This document shows, one piece after another, positions 9,271 through 19,516 of a DNA stretch of 64,000 nucleotides. A model generated the notes under the pieces. That model was not told the DNA's origin, ran no database searches, and saw only the letters and a list, made by a program, of their open reading frames with translations. The translations under genes were made by a program, and so were the position numbers. Source of the DNA: a virus. The DNA lies in IMG/VR virus record IMGVR_UViG_3300025133_000022, positions 128,538-192,537 of that record; one strand, given 5' to 3'. Position 1 is the stretch's first letter. Each line of letters starts with the position of its first letter.

Positions 9271-11380
9271 GTTCACGAACCTTTAGGAAGTAAGACAGCA
9301 GAACGGGTGTCAGATACGGATTTACACTGTCTGCACGGCTAACAATCACTGTCTGAATCGTACCAGAAGCAGCCTTAAGCCTTCTGCCAAACACTACTCT
9401 GCCACGCTTCAAATTCACCCCAGGCCTTCTGCTGAGTTGCTGATTCCTTAACACCCTGTAGTCTACATAGTAGATTTTTGTACTATCAAGATTCGTAAAG
9501 CGAATCTTAAAGAGACCAGCTTTGGCCTTAGTATACAATGTATTCCATTGTCGATCACGCGGCCACTCTGTTAGCCAAGTCGCACCACGATTAAGAGAAA
9601 CTTCATAATCAATACCAAGGGTAAGTAAGTCAGATTCTTTGTAGACACTGAGAGGCGCATCCTGTTCTGCCTCTAAGTACACATATGGGGCAACCTTAAA
9701 ATCATTAGAGTGTAGAAGCGAATAGCCATCTACATCCAAAGGCTTAAGAATCAAATTCTGACTGTCAGCGACATACCACTCTTCTGAAGAAAAGCTATTA
9801 AGCATCCCGTCCTTGCCTGGACCAGCAATGCTAACAATCCTATCAGTATTCTTGACGGCCACACCTCTGTCGTCAAACCCATGACCGTCTTCAAAATACA
9901 TAAAATGCCAATAACCAATCCAGTTTCCTGCTGTCCAGTTGGTTTTGTTCTTGACATTCCATCGCAAATCCGGAAACAGTTTAACTTTGGCTTCATTGTC
10001 AAAGAGAGGTAAAAACTCTCTTTGTGTTCGTCTGGCGTCAGGAATGGGAATCAAATCATAAAGCGCCCGGCCACCTTCAGGGGTTGTTAAATTAATACCA
10101 AGGTATCGTTCCAACAAAACCTCTCCCTCATTTAAGAAGAAAGTAGTACCATAGGTTTTGCGCTCATTAGAAATCTGAATAGTTTCAACCTGATCACTAA
10201 AACTACAGCCAACAGGTCCTGTAGTTTTGACAGGCTGACTGCGAAAAACTCCAAGATTCTCATACTGGCGCAAAGCGCAACGCACACTCTCCAAAGAAAA
10301 GTCATATACTCTGCCTTGAATTTCAGAATTGTTTTCAGTTAGTAACTGACTCCATCCGGCACCACGTAAAATCTTATTTAACTCACGAACACGAAGGTCG
10401 CCAGTATCGTAGTGGGTTCGTGTCACAGGGGCATACTGCGTAAACTTCACCTTCATATATTTAGTTCGAATAGGCTCAAACAGCACAGTAAGCTCAACTT
10501 CATTAGCAAGCTCAACTTCAGTGAGCTCAACTTCTTCGCCGGCTTCGTTAAGGTAAGTAATAGCCTGAATGTACACAGTGCTGTGTCCCAGCGGACGTAC
10601 ATTCAGCATATTAACAAGCTGCATGCTTGCAAATTCTAACAACAAAGTGCAGTAGCTAGAAGTGTGATTGTATTTACGACTAGTCTTATCATAATCAGTC
10701 CTCACAACCACATGACGAAAAACCCTGTCTTCTCGAAGAAGATTGTTTGGAGAGTTACTAACAACAGGTTTTGTGGTGTCACCCACATCAGTTTCTTCTC
10801 CAACGAGAACAACATTAATAATTGGAACCTGAACCTCAGTTCTTAATGGCAGAGTTACACCAGTGCCAGAAATTACATCTGCAATGTTATCTGCCTGAAA
10901 TGGCAAGCCGGTTTTGTAATCAACAAGCCAGTCTTGATTGTCATATGCCAAACCAGCGTCTTGAACACGCACAAATGAATTGTAATGAACCTGACTGTAC
11001 CTACCATTAATCTTAACTTCCTCTTCTGTTGTGTAGGCGTCAAGCGCCAGTGCCTCGCGTTGCAAATCATCTAGAATAGCAAAATTCTTTCTACTGCTGA
11101 GCTTGATCTCTGCTTCAAGTCCTTCACCAGTACTAGCCGCAGCACTAATCTGCATTTTTGTATCACGAATGTAATCCGCCCAAATTCTAGCATCAAGAGG
11201 AGAGCCAGGGTTAACAGGCGGGAAAGCAGGCTCAAGTCCACGCAAAGCCAGCACCGCTTTAGTGCGACGCTGAGCTTCAGCTTGGCTAAATTGAACATGT
11301 TGCTCATCAAGAGCGCGGCGTTCAGCCGCAGCACGTACATACTTACCAGAATCAAATGCTTCTTTTACTTGGATGGGCAT
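9260..11380 (-). CDS. Baseplate-periphery/fibre-anchoring virion protein, paralogue 1, 706 aa
   Basis: Segments CTLLLEF..LVNMLNV and FEPIRTKYMKVKFTQ, and C-terminal LTPVLLSYFLKV, match the two downstream genes. GGAG RBS present. Confidence 0.5.
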   Translation of the reverse strand: MPIQVKEAFDSGKYVRAAAERRALDEQHVQFSQAEAQRRTKAVLALRGLEPAFPPVNPGSPLDARIWADYIRDTKMQISAAASTGEGLEAEIKLSSRKNFAILDDLQREALALDAYTTEEEVKINGRYSQVHYNSFVRVQDAGLAYDNQDWLVDYKTGLPFQADNIADVISGTGVTLPLRTEVQVPIINVVLVGEETDVGDTTKPVVSNSPNNLLREDRVFRHVVVRTDYDKTSRKYNHTSSYCTLLLEFASMQLVNMLNVRPLGHSTVYIQAITYLNEAGEEVELTEVELANEVELTVLFEPIRTKYMKVKFTQYAPVTRTHYDTGDLRVRELNKILRGAGWSQLLTENNSEIQGRVYDFSLESVRCALRQYENLGVFRSQPVKTTGPVGCSFSDQVETIQISNERKTYGTTFFLNEGEVLLERYLGINLTTPEGGRALYDLIPIPDARRTQREFLPLFDNEAKVKLFPDLRWNVKNKTNWTAGNWIGYWHFMYFEDGHGFDDRGVAVKNTDRIVSIAGPGKDGMLNSFSSEEWYVADSQNLILKPLDVDGYSLLHSNDFKVAPYVYLEAEQDAPLSVYKESDLLTLGIDYEVSLNRGATWLTEWPRDRQWNTLYTKAKAGLFKIRFTNLDSTKIYYVDYRVLRNQQLSRRPGVNLKRGRVVFGRRLKAASGTIQTVIVSRADSVNPYLTPVLLSYFLKVREHVN

Positions 11381-11382
11381 AC

Positions 11383-11835
11383 TTACTCCAATTTAAGATC
11401 AATAAAAAACCTACGAGCAAGCGCACCGGGTGGAGTCTCGAACTCCACAGTAAACGTAGCACTATCACCAGCATTAAGATCAATAAATGGAATCTTGGTT
11501 CTGTAAGTACCACCAGCGCTTCTAGTAACATATCCAATAAAGGTACTATCGTTTTGGGGAAGAGTTAATTTTAGCCCACCCTGAGCAACAAGACCCAGAT
11601 CAGTTTTACTACCCCAAGTCATAAGATCTTGATAATCAGTATGAGGTGGATAATCTGCAGGATTATCTACATCTCCAACACTAGTTGCCGGAACAATATA
11701 CATCCCAAGACCAGTGAGATCACTGTCGCCTAGATTAGTGACAGTGATCTGGACCACAGTTCCATTTAGAACCTCTGGATCATAAATAGTTTCACCATCA
11801 GAGGTGCGAACGAAAATCAAATCTTGAGCACTCAT
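11383..11835 (-). CDS. Small beta-sandwich virion protein, 150 aa
   Basis: Beta-rich (VVQITVTNLG, ATFTVEFETPPG), ATGA overlap with the upstream gene, located in the tail module. Confidence 0.45.
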   Translation of the reverse strand: MSAQDLIFVRTSDGETIYDPEVLNGTVVQITVTNLGDSDLTGLGMYIVPATSVGDVDNPADYPPHTDYQDLMTWGSKTDLGLVAQGGLKLTLPQNDSTFIGYVTRSAGGTYRTKIPFIDLNAGDSATFTVEFETPPGALARRFFIDLKLE

Positions 11836-13952
11836 GATGCCACCTTTACTGCAATACTGTGAGTTCGAGGGTACAGGATAGTTTGACCTCGAACTTGTTC
11901 TTCAACTCGTACGGTGTAGTATACCACTTCACCAGCAACAATGTCTTGATCAGCGTAGCTCATGGTAGCTGGCGTTGAAGAGCCAGCTACGCTGTAGACC
12001 TCCACCCACTCACCTACAGGATTGGTGCGTTTGTAAAGCCTGTAGGTGAGGTTCCTTCCTTCCCAGGTCCACTCAAGGTCTACGCGTTGCGTTACCGTAC
12101 TCCACCCACTCAGGTCCACTTTAGGACACTGCCACTCAATGACAGGAAGACAACTACTGTCTAAGTGTTGGACAAGTAGTTTTTCTGCTTTTGATTTTGG
12201 CAATACTCCTCCGTAGTCATTTCGAAGGCTCAGGGGAGCCTTCAGCACAACGACTTTGTTTTTTGGAACCTCTTGCCCTTCCTCTCCGTACATGACTGCG
12301 CTTTGTAAAATGCGCGGGTTCGCCAGTAAAGCTTCTTTAAGTGTGTCTGGGCGCAAAGAACCACCTTTAGCTCTTACGTCATAGAGGGTCATGTCTTCCT
12401 TATCGTCTAGATTCAAAAGAACTACTTCAGCCAAGATTCCATATGCTTTGCTATTGCTGTAGCCAGCAACATAATTATCCACAAATGTCTCAGTTTCAAC
12501 ATCAGAAATATATTTAGAACCAATTATACTATTTGCATTATAATTACCATCAGCATCTAAAAGTTGTAAATTTTCATGACCAAACCCTAGGGCTTGACTG
12601 CATTCTAAAATCACACCGTTCTGATCTACTACAAGATGATGAATTGCCTGATCGTCTGGATCGACATCGGGAACCATATAGAAAACGATCATCTTGCCTA
12701 ACACACTCTTATTAAAGAGAGGATTGAGATTGTACCCAACGTATTCGTAATCGTCTGCTTTGTAATAGTATTGAGCAGCAAGCTGATAGCTTGGGTGCAT
12801 TTTTGTAGATAGGGCTACAAATCCACCCTCATTATCCCAGCTTCGAATCTGGTCTGATTCATAAAATACATCAGTGTCACTATAGCGTGTGCCACCAAGA
12901 GCACTGTCAGTAGTAAGCACGCGCAGCAAATTGTTTTCAAAGTCACTAATAAACAACACAAGATGCAGTCCAGTGTCAGGGTCAATTGCAAGACCTCGAC
13001 GCGTACTCGAAAGCACACGTTCATTTACCCAAAGCATCCTTTCGTAAGGACTGTATATATATGGCTTATAAGGAGCATAGTTCTGTTGGTCATACTCAGG
13101 CACATAGTATCTTCGTACCGCGCCATTGGTGACAGTAGTAATGTCACCTGCACTAAATCTTAAATACCATGGATCTTCAGGGTCTCGGCCGCTAGGCAGA
13201 CGAGGCTGAATCAACGAATGTTCAGTTGGGCGGCTATACCAAGTACTACCGCTATTCAAATAGAAAGTGTAGCCGCTGGTGTTTCTCTCTTTGCTATACA
13301 CAGGATAGTCAAGAGTAAGGCGACCAGTGTCAAGATCAATATCTTGCCAGTCGGCCTCTTTGGTTACCACAACGGGTCCAAGTAAATTATGACTACTGTT
13401 GCCATCACTGTCAGTACAGGTGATGAAAAACAATGTGTACGCTCCAGTATCAGGGTCAAAGAAATTCCTAAAATTGGTATACAAATTACCACTTTCTAAA
13501 TCTAACAAATACCCACTATCAACTTTTTGCAAGTTGCCACGACTAACGACTTCTACCTGACAGCTAACAACACCTGCAGGTAATATATGCCGCCAAAACA
13601 ATGGTCGCTTTTTTCCTCGAACATCAACACCAAGCTTATTAGTAATAAGAATCTCAGAGTATTCGCTGGCCACAGCCGTAGCTGTCGTGGCAGCCCACTC
13701 TTTTCGAACCTCAGCGTTCTTGTCACTGTTTGCGACAATGCCATAGGTGCGGTTGGCGACCTGCAAGTGCCGCCAACTATCTAATTCAGGATTCTCAAGA
13801 TAGTCAAGAGCAACTGCCACTGGCTTGATGTCATCCAAGTACCGGAAACGTTCGACACGCTGGTGGACATGGCTAACCAATTCAAGAACAATGGTCTGAG
13901 CCTGATCGTAAGAACCGCCACTTGCAATCAACTCAAGTGTAATCTCAGCCAT
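11832..13952 (-). CDS. Tail/baseplate protein with C-terminal fibronectin type III-like domain, 706 aa
   Basis: C-terminal VDLEWTW...TYRLYKR...W...SYADQDIVAGEVVYYTVRVE is an FN3 pattern. AAGGAG RBS overlaps the upstream stop. Confidence 0.6.
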   Translation of the reverse strand: MAEITLELIASGGSYDQAQTIVLELVSHVHQRVERFRYLDDIKPVAVALDYLENPELDSWRHLQVANRTYGIVANSDKNAEVRKEWAATTATAVASEYSEILITNKLGVDVRGKKRPLFWRHILPAGVVSCQVEVVSRGNLQKVDSGYLLDLESGNLYTNFRNFFDPDTGAYTLFFITCTDSDGNSSHNLLGPVVVTKEADWQDIDLDTGRLTLDYPVYSKERNTSGYTFYLNSGSTWYSRPTEHSLIQPRLPSGRDPEDPWYLRFSAGDITTVTNGAVRRYYVPEYDQQNYAPYKPYIYSPYERMLWVNERVLSSTRRGLAIDPDTGLHLVLFISDFENNLLRVLTTDSALGGTRYSDTDVFYESDQIRSWDNEGGFVALSTKMHPSYQLAAQYYYKADDYEYVGYNLNPLFNKSVLGKMIVFYMVPDVDPDDQAIHHLVVDQNGVILECSQALGFGHENLQLLDADGNYNANSIIGSKYISDVETETFVDNYVAGYSNSKAYGILAEVVLLNLDDKEDMTLYDVRAKGGSLRPDTLKEALLANPRILQSAVMYGEEGQEVPKNKVVVLKAPLSLRNDYGGVLPKSKAEKLLVQHLDSSCLPVIEWQCPKVDLSGWSTVTQRVDLEWTWEGRNLTYRLYKRTNPVGEWVEVYSVAGSSTPATMSYADQDIVAGEVVYYTVRVEEQVRGQTILYPRTHSIAVKVAS

Positions 13953-13962
13953 TTAAAACTCC

Positions 13963-16194
13963 TTAAGGATTAATATCATATCCAGCAGTGCCAGCCGAAG
14001 CCACAATAAGCAAGATCTTGACATCAACAGCTATGCTGTCGACAGGGTCACCACTAGTAAAGAACCTTTCCCAATGGAACGCTTGTGATGCATTGCCTTC
14101 TGCAGAAATACAAATATGAATCTGATTGCCACTAGTAGTTCCGTCATCTCTTTGCAGGTAAGCTATAATTTTCTCACCTCCGCCATCTTCAGTACCAAAG
14201 CGCCCGGCGCCGCAAGTATACCACTTGTTAAGAAAACTAGCATGACTGCTTTTAACCTGAATCGTATAGCCTAGAATTGCATTCACTCCTTTCTCGTCAA
14301 CGTACTGATTGACTAAATAAGAAGGAATATCAATGTTTTGTTGCCAATGTTGCACATCGTCAATTTGAGACATTGCTGCATCAGCAGTAGCCTCAAAGGT
14401 CACGTCTTGTTGTGAAAAGTACAGGAACTGAACATTTGGACAAACCCAAGCATCGTTATCAACAGATCCGGTTGAAGTAGTTGTAGCATAAGCATAAGAA
14501 TGACTACCATCAGTATCGCCATTTTGATGAGAACCATTCTCTTCAATAGACCAAATTGGAAGCTGATCAGTGCTATAGGCACTCGCAAGAGGGCCAGCTA
14601 TGACACTGTCTTGAGCAATAGCACTATTAATAGCATCAACATGTCCAGCAAGAGCCTCAATCGACACAGCCGGCTTATTAATAACCCCAGTGCCAGCAGC
14701 ATGTGGATCACCAGTACTATACTCAACAAGTAAGCCGCCACGAATGGTTACATCTCCACCATCTGCGTCCAAGACAATGTCATCAGCAGCGACAATGTTA
14801 ACAGAACCTCCAGTAGACTCGAGGTTTAGCGAACCGGGAGCCTTGAGGTATCCGGCAGTACTTTGGTTGTAGAGTCTTGGACCAAGCAAATCACCAAAAT
14901 AAAGACTATAGCTAAGCCCACTACTGTCATAATATCCACCTGGACTAGCGCCAGACTTGCCAATTACCAAATGACCTCGTAAGACGTTCTCATCATTCCA
15001 GTCGTTTTCACTAGCATGATAACCATACCTGTGCAGATACTGAGGAGCATAGTTGCCTTCGATGTTAGATTTGGTAAAACCGCCCTGACTTCCCCAAGGG
15101 CCAACAGTCCAGTCAGTAATACTAGTTGCAGGAACCATTGGTTCTCCAAAGTTCCTATCATGTGCATGACGACTCTTTCTGCGAAGATCGTCAATAGCGG
15201 TTGTGATGTCAGTACCTACAGTAATAATACAAAAGATATCACCGCGATCAACTTCGGTAGTGATATCAACACTACCGATAGTTAAACTTGTCGGACTATC
15301 ATAAATGTATTCTGCACTGTCATAAACCTCACCAGTAGTCCAATTCTTCAGAAGAACAAACCCTTCCGGGATGAGCTCTCCAGAAGTATAAGTTGTAGTG
15401 ATTACTTGAGGAAGTGTAAGCTGTTCACCATAATTAGGGTCTGCGTCACTCAAAGATGTAGAACTCATATCAACATCAAACTGCGCATGAGTAACTGTAG
15501 GAAGACTGATAGTTCTTCGACCTTGAGCATCTGGCGGAGAACTTATGGTACAGCCAGTCCCACCAGCAGATAGCTGATTGGGACCAGGAATGACATTAAA
15601 ACGCCCCCCTTCGTAATTTGGCCCACCAAACCAGCTGTCGCGACTAATGGCATATGTGACAGTGCCAGGATCAATAGTATCAGTAGCTTGAGTAGTGTAA
15701 ACACGCCCAAGACCATCTACGTAATAGTCACCCACAGTAATCATAGCGCCAACAGCCTTGAGGTTCTCAAAGGCTTCTCCAGTACCGCTTTTAGTAAAGC
15801 TCACACTTGCAGTGCTCCTCGGAGGGTATCTAAGAGAAAATTCAGTAACATTTGAAGGTACCGGTTCGGTAATTTCCAAATCATTACCAACAATCATTGG
15901 GTTAAGCGCACTAGCAGGTCCAACAAGCCTTGCTAAATTCACAATATCTAGAGAGCGCGTTTCAGCATTGCTGAGAACACTGCCACCAGAACGACCGTAC
16001 GCCATAGACAGCCGTGCACTTGTTGCACTGCTGTAAGGATAGGATTGACCATGAATATCGCCAACAGCTCTTTCAAGCTGTTGGCTTGCATTCTTTAATT
16101 GAGCAACAATACTATTTAGTTTTGCTGCTGAAGGAGTTTCACCTTCAACGAAGGTCGTAAATACGTTGACCCCTTGCTGTAATTTGTCAGCCAT
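13963..16194 (-). CDS. Putative tail fibre protein (~743 aa)
   Basis: N-terminal GETPSAAKLN followed by a short coiled coil (fibre-attachment-type start); Gly/Ser/Thr/Asp-rich body with short beta repeats (IVLDADGGDVTIRGG). TGATG overlap at 16194. Confidence 0.55.
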   Translation of the reverse strand: MADKLQQGVNVFTTFVEGETPSAAKLNSIVAQLKNASQQLERAVGDIHGQSYPYSSATSARLSMAYGRSGGSVLSNAETRSLDIVNLARLVGPASALNPMIVGNDLEITEPVPSNVTEFSLRYPPRSTASVSFTKSGTGEAFENLKAVGAMITVGDYYVDGLGRVYTTQATDTIDPGTVTYAISRDSWFGGPNYEGGRFNVIPGPNQLSAGGTGCTISSPPDAQGRRTISLPTVTHAQFDVDMSSTSLSDADPNYGEQLTLPQVITTTYTSGELIPEGFVLLKNWTTGEVYDSAEYIYDSPTSLTIGSVDITTEVDRGDIFCIITVGTDITTAIDDLRRKSRHAHDRNFGEPMVPATSITDWTVGPWGSQGGFTKSNIEGNYAPQYLHRYGYHASENDWNDENVLRGHLVIGKSGASPGGYYDSSGLSYSLYFGDLLGPRLYNQSTAGYLKAPGSLNLESTGGSVNIVAADDIVLDADGGDVTIRGGLLVEYSTGDPHAAGTGVINKPAVSIEALAGHVDAINSAIAQDSVIAGPLASAYSTDQLPIWSIEENGSHQNGDTDGSHSYAYATTTSTGSVDNDAWVCPNVQFLYFSQQDVTFEATADAAMSQIDDVQHWQQNIDIPSYLVNQYVDEKGVNAILGYTIQVKSSHASFLNKWYTCGAGRFGTEDGGGEKIIAYLQRDDGTTSGNQIHICISAEGNASQAFHWERFFTSGDPVDSIAVDVKILLIVASAGTAGYDINP

Positions 16195-18644
16195 CAAACG
16201 GCTCCTTGTAAGCTAAACTGGTTAATTCCAGATGCTGCGGGATTAATTGTAATGAAATTTGCACCATCAAGCCCAGCACCTATATTGAAATCTTCAGTAA
16301 TAAAAGTCCATCCATACGGAATTGGCAAAGCACCACTGCTGTCTACGCCAGTCAGAGTGTTTGGTAATTGCAAACGCAAACGCACATCATTTGACGTGAT
16401 GAGTCTACCCGTATATGGATCACGACCGTAAGCACCACAACGTACCTCGCTTGGTGCAATGATAACATAAGCACCTAGATTTGTTTCATCATCCGCTGGA
16501 TCTGGAACTCCCAACAGCCTGTTTTCAAAAACAAGGGTGTTGCCTTGCACAGCAGTGGGCCGCACAGGCATATAAGCTCCAGCATTACCAGTAATAGGAT
16601 GCTGAGCATCAAGTGTATATTCATAAAGAATTACACGAGCACCTCTCTTAAGAGCACTATCCCACTCTACGGCTTCTTGTTGAAACAACCAAGCAGGTTG
16701 AGTGCCAGAAATCCAACTAGCACTAGGGTTAACCTCAAGAAAGAAACGCACGTAAGGTTCACTATTGCCATCGTACTGTAGTTCTGCCCACCTGACAGGA
16801 AGGCTTCTACGAACTCCAGAAGAATCCTGCAAAAGCAAAGTCCCTTTATTGTAGTCATCAGTATGCTTCATGTACACATCAGCATAACCCAAGCCATGAG
16901 GTTCTGTTGCGCTTCCAAGCGCAACCACATCAACCCTATTGCCAACAGTTCCCAGCACAGGATCATGCTTCAGAATTTGAAACACCCACACTTCGCTTGG
17001 CACAACAGTAGTAGTAAAGTTCACAGTCATATGCGTGTCTGCACCGACATGTTCTGTTTTCGTAACTTCCATAATGGCGTCATCATTGCTATATGGAGCA
17101 TTGTAAAAACAACTAACTTGTCCAGCAGTATTACTTTCGGCAGTATAGCTGCTTAAGCTTCCATTCAGCTGTCCAGTCCCACTCTTGATGTAAATAGTCA
17201 AATCAACATCTTCTACAGGGTTTCCAGCAGCATCGAAACCAGTGGCAGTCAGTTTGCTAACATCTGTTCCATAATAAACAGGTCCAAATAGATTTGCGCC
17301 AATAAGCGGACTATCACTGGTAAGAATAACTTCAGCTAAATTCGAATCTTGACTAACTATCTGTACGATATTATTGGCTTTAGTATTGCGTAGAGCACGA
17401 ACATCAAGCCAAGTGCTATGATTAGCTGTGCGCAAATTATAGTCGGTGACCTCGTAGTCAACACGGGGGACTGCTTTGTATTTTACATACCAGGCATCAG
17501 TAGTGTGCAGACCATGCTGTCTGTCACTAACAATAGTACCCTTGGTGTGGTCTTGAGCAATTGTGTTATTGAACCCACGCACACAATTAGTAAAAGCATC
17601 GCGTGTTTTGCCAAGGTAATAAATTTCTTCACTACCAATAACAACAACACCCTGCTCGGGGTAACTGTCTAAATTTTCACTAATGGTAATTCGAATTTCA
17701 ACATCATAAGCTTCTACCGTTTCCGCAAGCACAAGCGAAGGAGCTTGGTATCCTCCGGTGTTTATAGTACCTAAATCATAGTTGACGCTAAAATGCTTAT
17801 CAACAGGAGAGCTAAAGTTCAAAGAAGGCTGCTCTTCCCATGTGGTTATGTTTCCAGACGAATCGATAGAAACCAATTCAACAGAGCCTTGAGATAAAGG
17901 GAAATACTGAAGAAAAAGCGGACGACCCTCACGAAGACCATCATATTGATGCTCCCAGCTTTCCAAAATATCATCCACGGTACTATATTCTGCCCCCACC
18001 TGAATGCTCATGTCTTGGTTAAAATACAAGACTCCATCTTCAACAAGCATCTCTCGTTTACGTATTTCGACCTGACTCCAATCAGCAGGCAAGCCGTCAT
18101 TTAATTCAAGTCGGGCACCATTGGTAAGAGCACCGGTAAAAGCAGACACAAGTCTGGCTTCTCTAATACTAGAGATTTCATAAGTATCTAAGCGCTTGTA
18201 AAGTGCTGCACTGACGCTGTTGTGCACAGCGTCAGTGCGCAAGCGCAATGCAGTTCTACCATTCACGTCCCAATCTGCTGATTCTGAATAGGAGTAGTCT
18301 GAATAGAGATTTCGATAATCCCAATAGACACTAAAACCACCAACCGAATATCGAGGCGTCCAGCTAAGATCGTCGCCTAGAGGCATATGAACAATGCTGT
18401 CATACTGAATGCCATCAAGCACGCCGCTTTGCCAATGCGTCAATTTAGTACCATCAAGAAGACCAACTGCGTGACCTCCTACGTGCGTCAAGTATCTGGT
18501 GTTGTTGCGAGTGCTAGATGAACTTGTTCTTCTGTTCCATACCCAGCCTTCAATATTTTCTGACTGAATGCCAGTCAGAGGGACTGCTTTGTCAGAAGTA
18601 GACACATAGTTGTCAACCTCAAGCACAATCTCTTGATAATCCAT
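16194..18644 (-). CDS. Tail/baseplate protein with bacterial Ig-like (Big_1/invasin-type) domain, 816 aa
   Basis: SKLTATGFDAAGNPVEDVDLTI...AESNTAGQVSCFY is a Big_1 pattern. GSEEIYY...FTNCVRGFNNTIAQDHTKG resembles a small module recurrent in phage tail proteins. Confidence 0.6.
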   Translation of the reverse strand: MDYQEIVLEVDNYVSTSDKAVPLTGIQSENIEGWVWNRRTSSSSTRNNTRYLTHVGGHAVGLLDGTKLTHWQSGVLDGIQYDSIVHMPLGDDLSWTPRYSVGGFSVYWDYRNLYSDYSYSESADWDVNGRTALRLRTDAVHNSVSAALYKRLDTYEISSIREARLVSAFTGALTNGARLELNDGLPADWSQVEIRKREMLVEDGVLYFNQDMSIQVGAEYSTVDDILESWEHQYDGLREGRPLFLQYFPLSQGSVELVSIDSSGNITTWEEQPSLNFSSPVDKHFSVNYDLGTINTGGYQAPSLVLAETVEAYDVEIRITISENLDSYPEQGVVVIGSEEIYYLGKTRDAFTNCVRGFNNTIAQDHTKGTIVSDRQHGLHTTDAWYVKYKAVPRVDYEVTDYNLRTANHSTWLDVRALRNTKANNIVQIVSQDSNLAEVILTSDSPLIGANLFGPVYYGTDVSKLTATGFDAAGNPVEDVDLTIYIKSGTGQLNGSLSSYTAESNTAGQVSCFYNAPYSNDDAIMEVTKTEHVGADTHMTVNFTTTVVPSEVWVFQILKHDPVLGTVGNRVDVVALGSATEPHGLGYADVYMKHTDDYNKGTLLLQDSSGVRRSLPVRWAELQYDGNSEPYVRFFLEVNPSASWISGTQPAWLFQQEAVEWDSALKRGARVILYEYTLDAQHPITGNAGAYMPVRPTAVQGNTLVFENRLLGVPDPADDETNLGAYVIIAPSEVRCGAYGRDPYTGRLITSNDVRLRLQLPNTLTGVDSSGALPIPYGWTFITEDFNIGAGLDGANFITINPAASGINQFSLQGAV

Positions 18645-19516
18645 TACTCACCCCAGCCAAGCGGGTGTGCAGCAAGAACTTGATTCCACAGCAACCCCCC
18701 ATTGCTATTTAGCAGCAAAGGCTCGAGCTCGCCAGTTTCATCAGAAACTAAAAAGTTTTTGGTTTCGTAATCCAAATCAACATCATTAGCAAACTGCACA
18801 CGTATTGGTTGCCAATAAACTCTATGCGGAAACTCACCATAACGATAATATGCAGTGCCAGCTTGAACATCGTAGCTAATGACAACGCCTTCGTCATAGT
18901 CAATCCAATAGTCACCAGATTCAGTAACCTGACCTTTAGTATCCTTCAAATCTTGGAATACAGAAAGGTTACTAAACCACATCTCCTTAATGTGTTTATC
19001 AGGCATAGCGTTTTGAAAGCTACCAAAAAGCTGCCTCGCGCTATGCATTTTAGTTGTGTTTCCAATTCTAAGATGATTCGATTTCAAATATTCATCATAG
19101 TCATCAAGCAAAGTTAAACTAAAATACAGGCTGCCAGTAAAGGCAGCCACTATATCCTCAAGCCACTTGTTTTCTAAAAGAGAGACCTCGAAATCAAGCG
19201 CTTCGCTCTCATGATCATGATAGGCTCGCAGCCAGGTGCTAGTAACCTCCACATGCGGATCTAGAGCCACGGGTAAGTCTTCTGAATCAAGCACAAGTTC
19301 GATATCAAAAACAGGAAGTTCAAACTCTCCTGCCTTTCTGTTCGTATGTCTAATTAAGCTCTGCCCAGAAGGATCAGAGGGGTCTCGCGCCTCAAGCAAC
19401 AAGCGTCGTCTATAATCAGACAAAAGTTCCTCGGGGAACCTCTCCAAACCATGCCTGAGGCCCAGCTCATCAAGACCCACAGGCATCAAAGTCTCTTCAG
19501 GTGTATATGTACCCAT
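18644..19516 (-). CDS. Baseplate wedge-associated protein (P2 gpI/T4 gp7-like N-terminus), 290 aa
   Basis: N-terminal LDELGLRHGLERFPEELLSDYRRRLL resembles the LD..G...GL.R..GE....YR.R wedge motif; lies downstream of baseplate J. Confidence 0.5.
   Translation of the reverse strand: MGTYTPEETLMPVGLDELGLRHGLERFPEELLSDYRRRLLLEARDPSDPSGQSLIRHTNRKAGEFELPVFDIELVLDSEDLPVALDPHVEVTSTWLRAYHDHESEALDFEVSLLENKWLEDIVAAFTGSLYFSLTLLDDYDEYLKSNHLRIGNTTKMHSARQLFGSFQNAMPDKHIKEMWFSNLSVFQDLKDTKGQVTESGDYWIDYDEGVVISYDVQAGTAYYRYGEFPHRVYWQPIRVQFANDVDLDYETKNFLVSDETGELEPLLLNSNGGLLWNQVLAAHPLGWGE

Noticed and set aside
2574-18644. Diversity-generating retroelement target or repeat arrays in fibre genes
   Set aside because: No reverse transcriptase in the window and no near-identical template/variable repeat pair noticed by eye; a self dot-plot would be needed to exclude short repeats.
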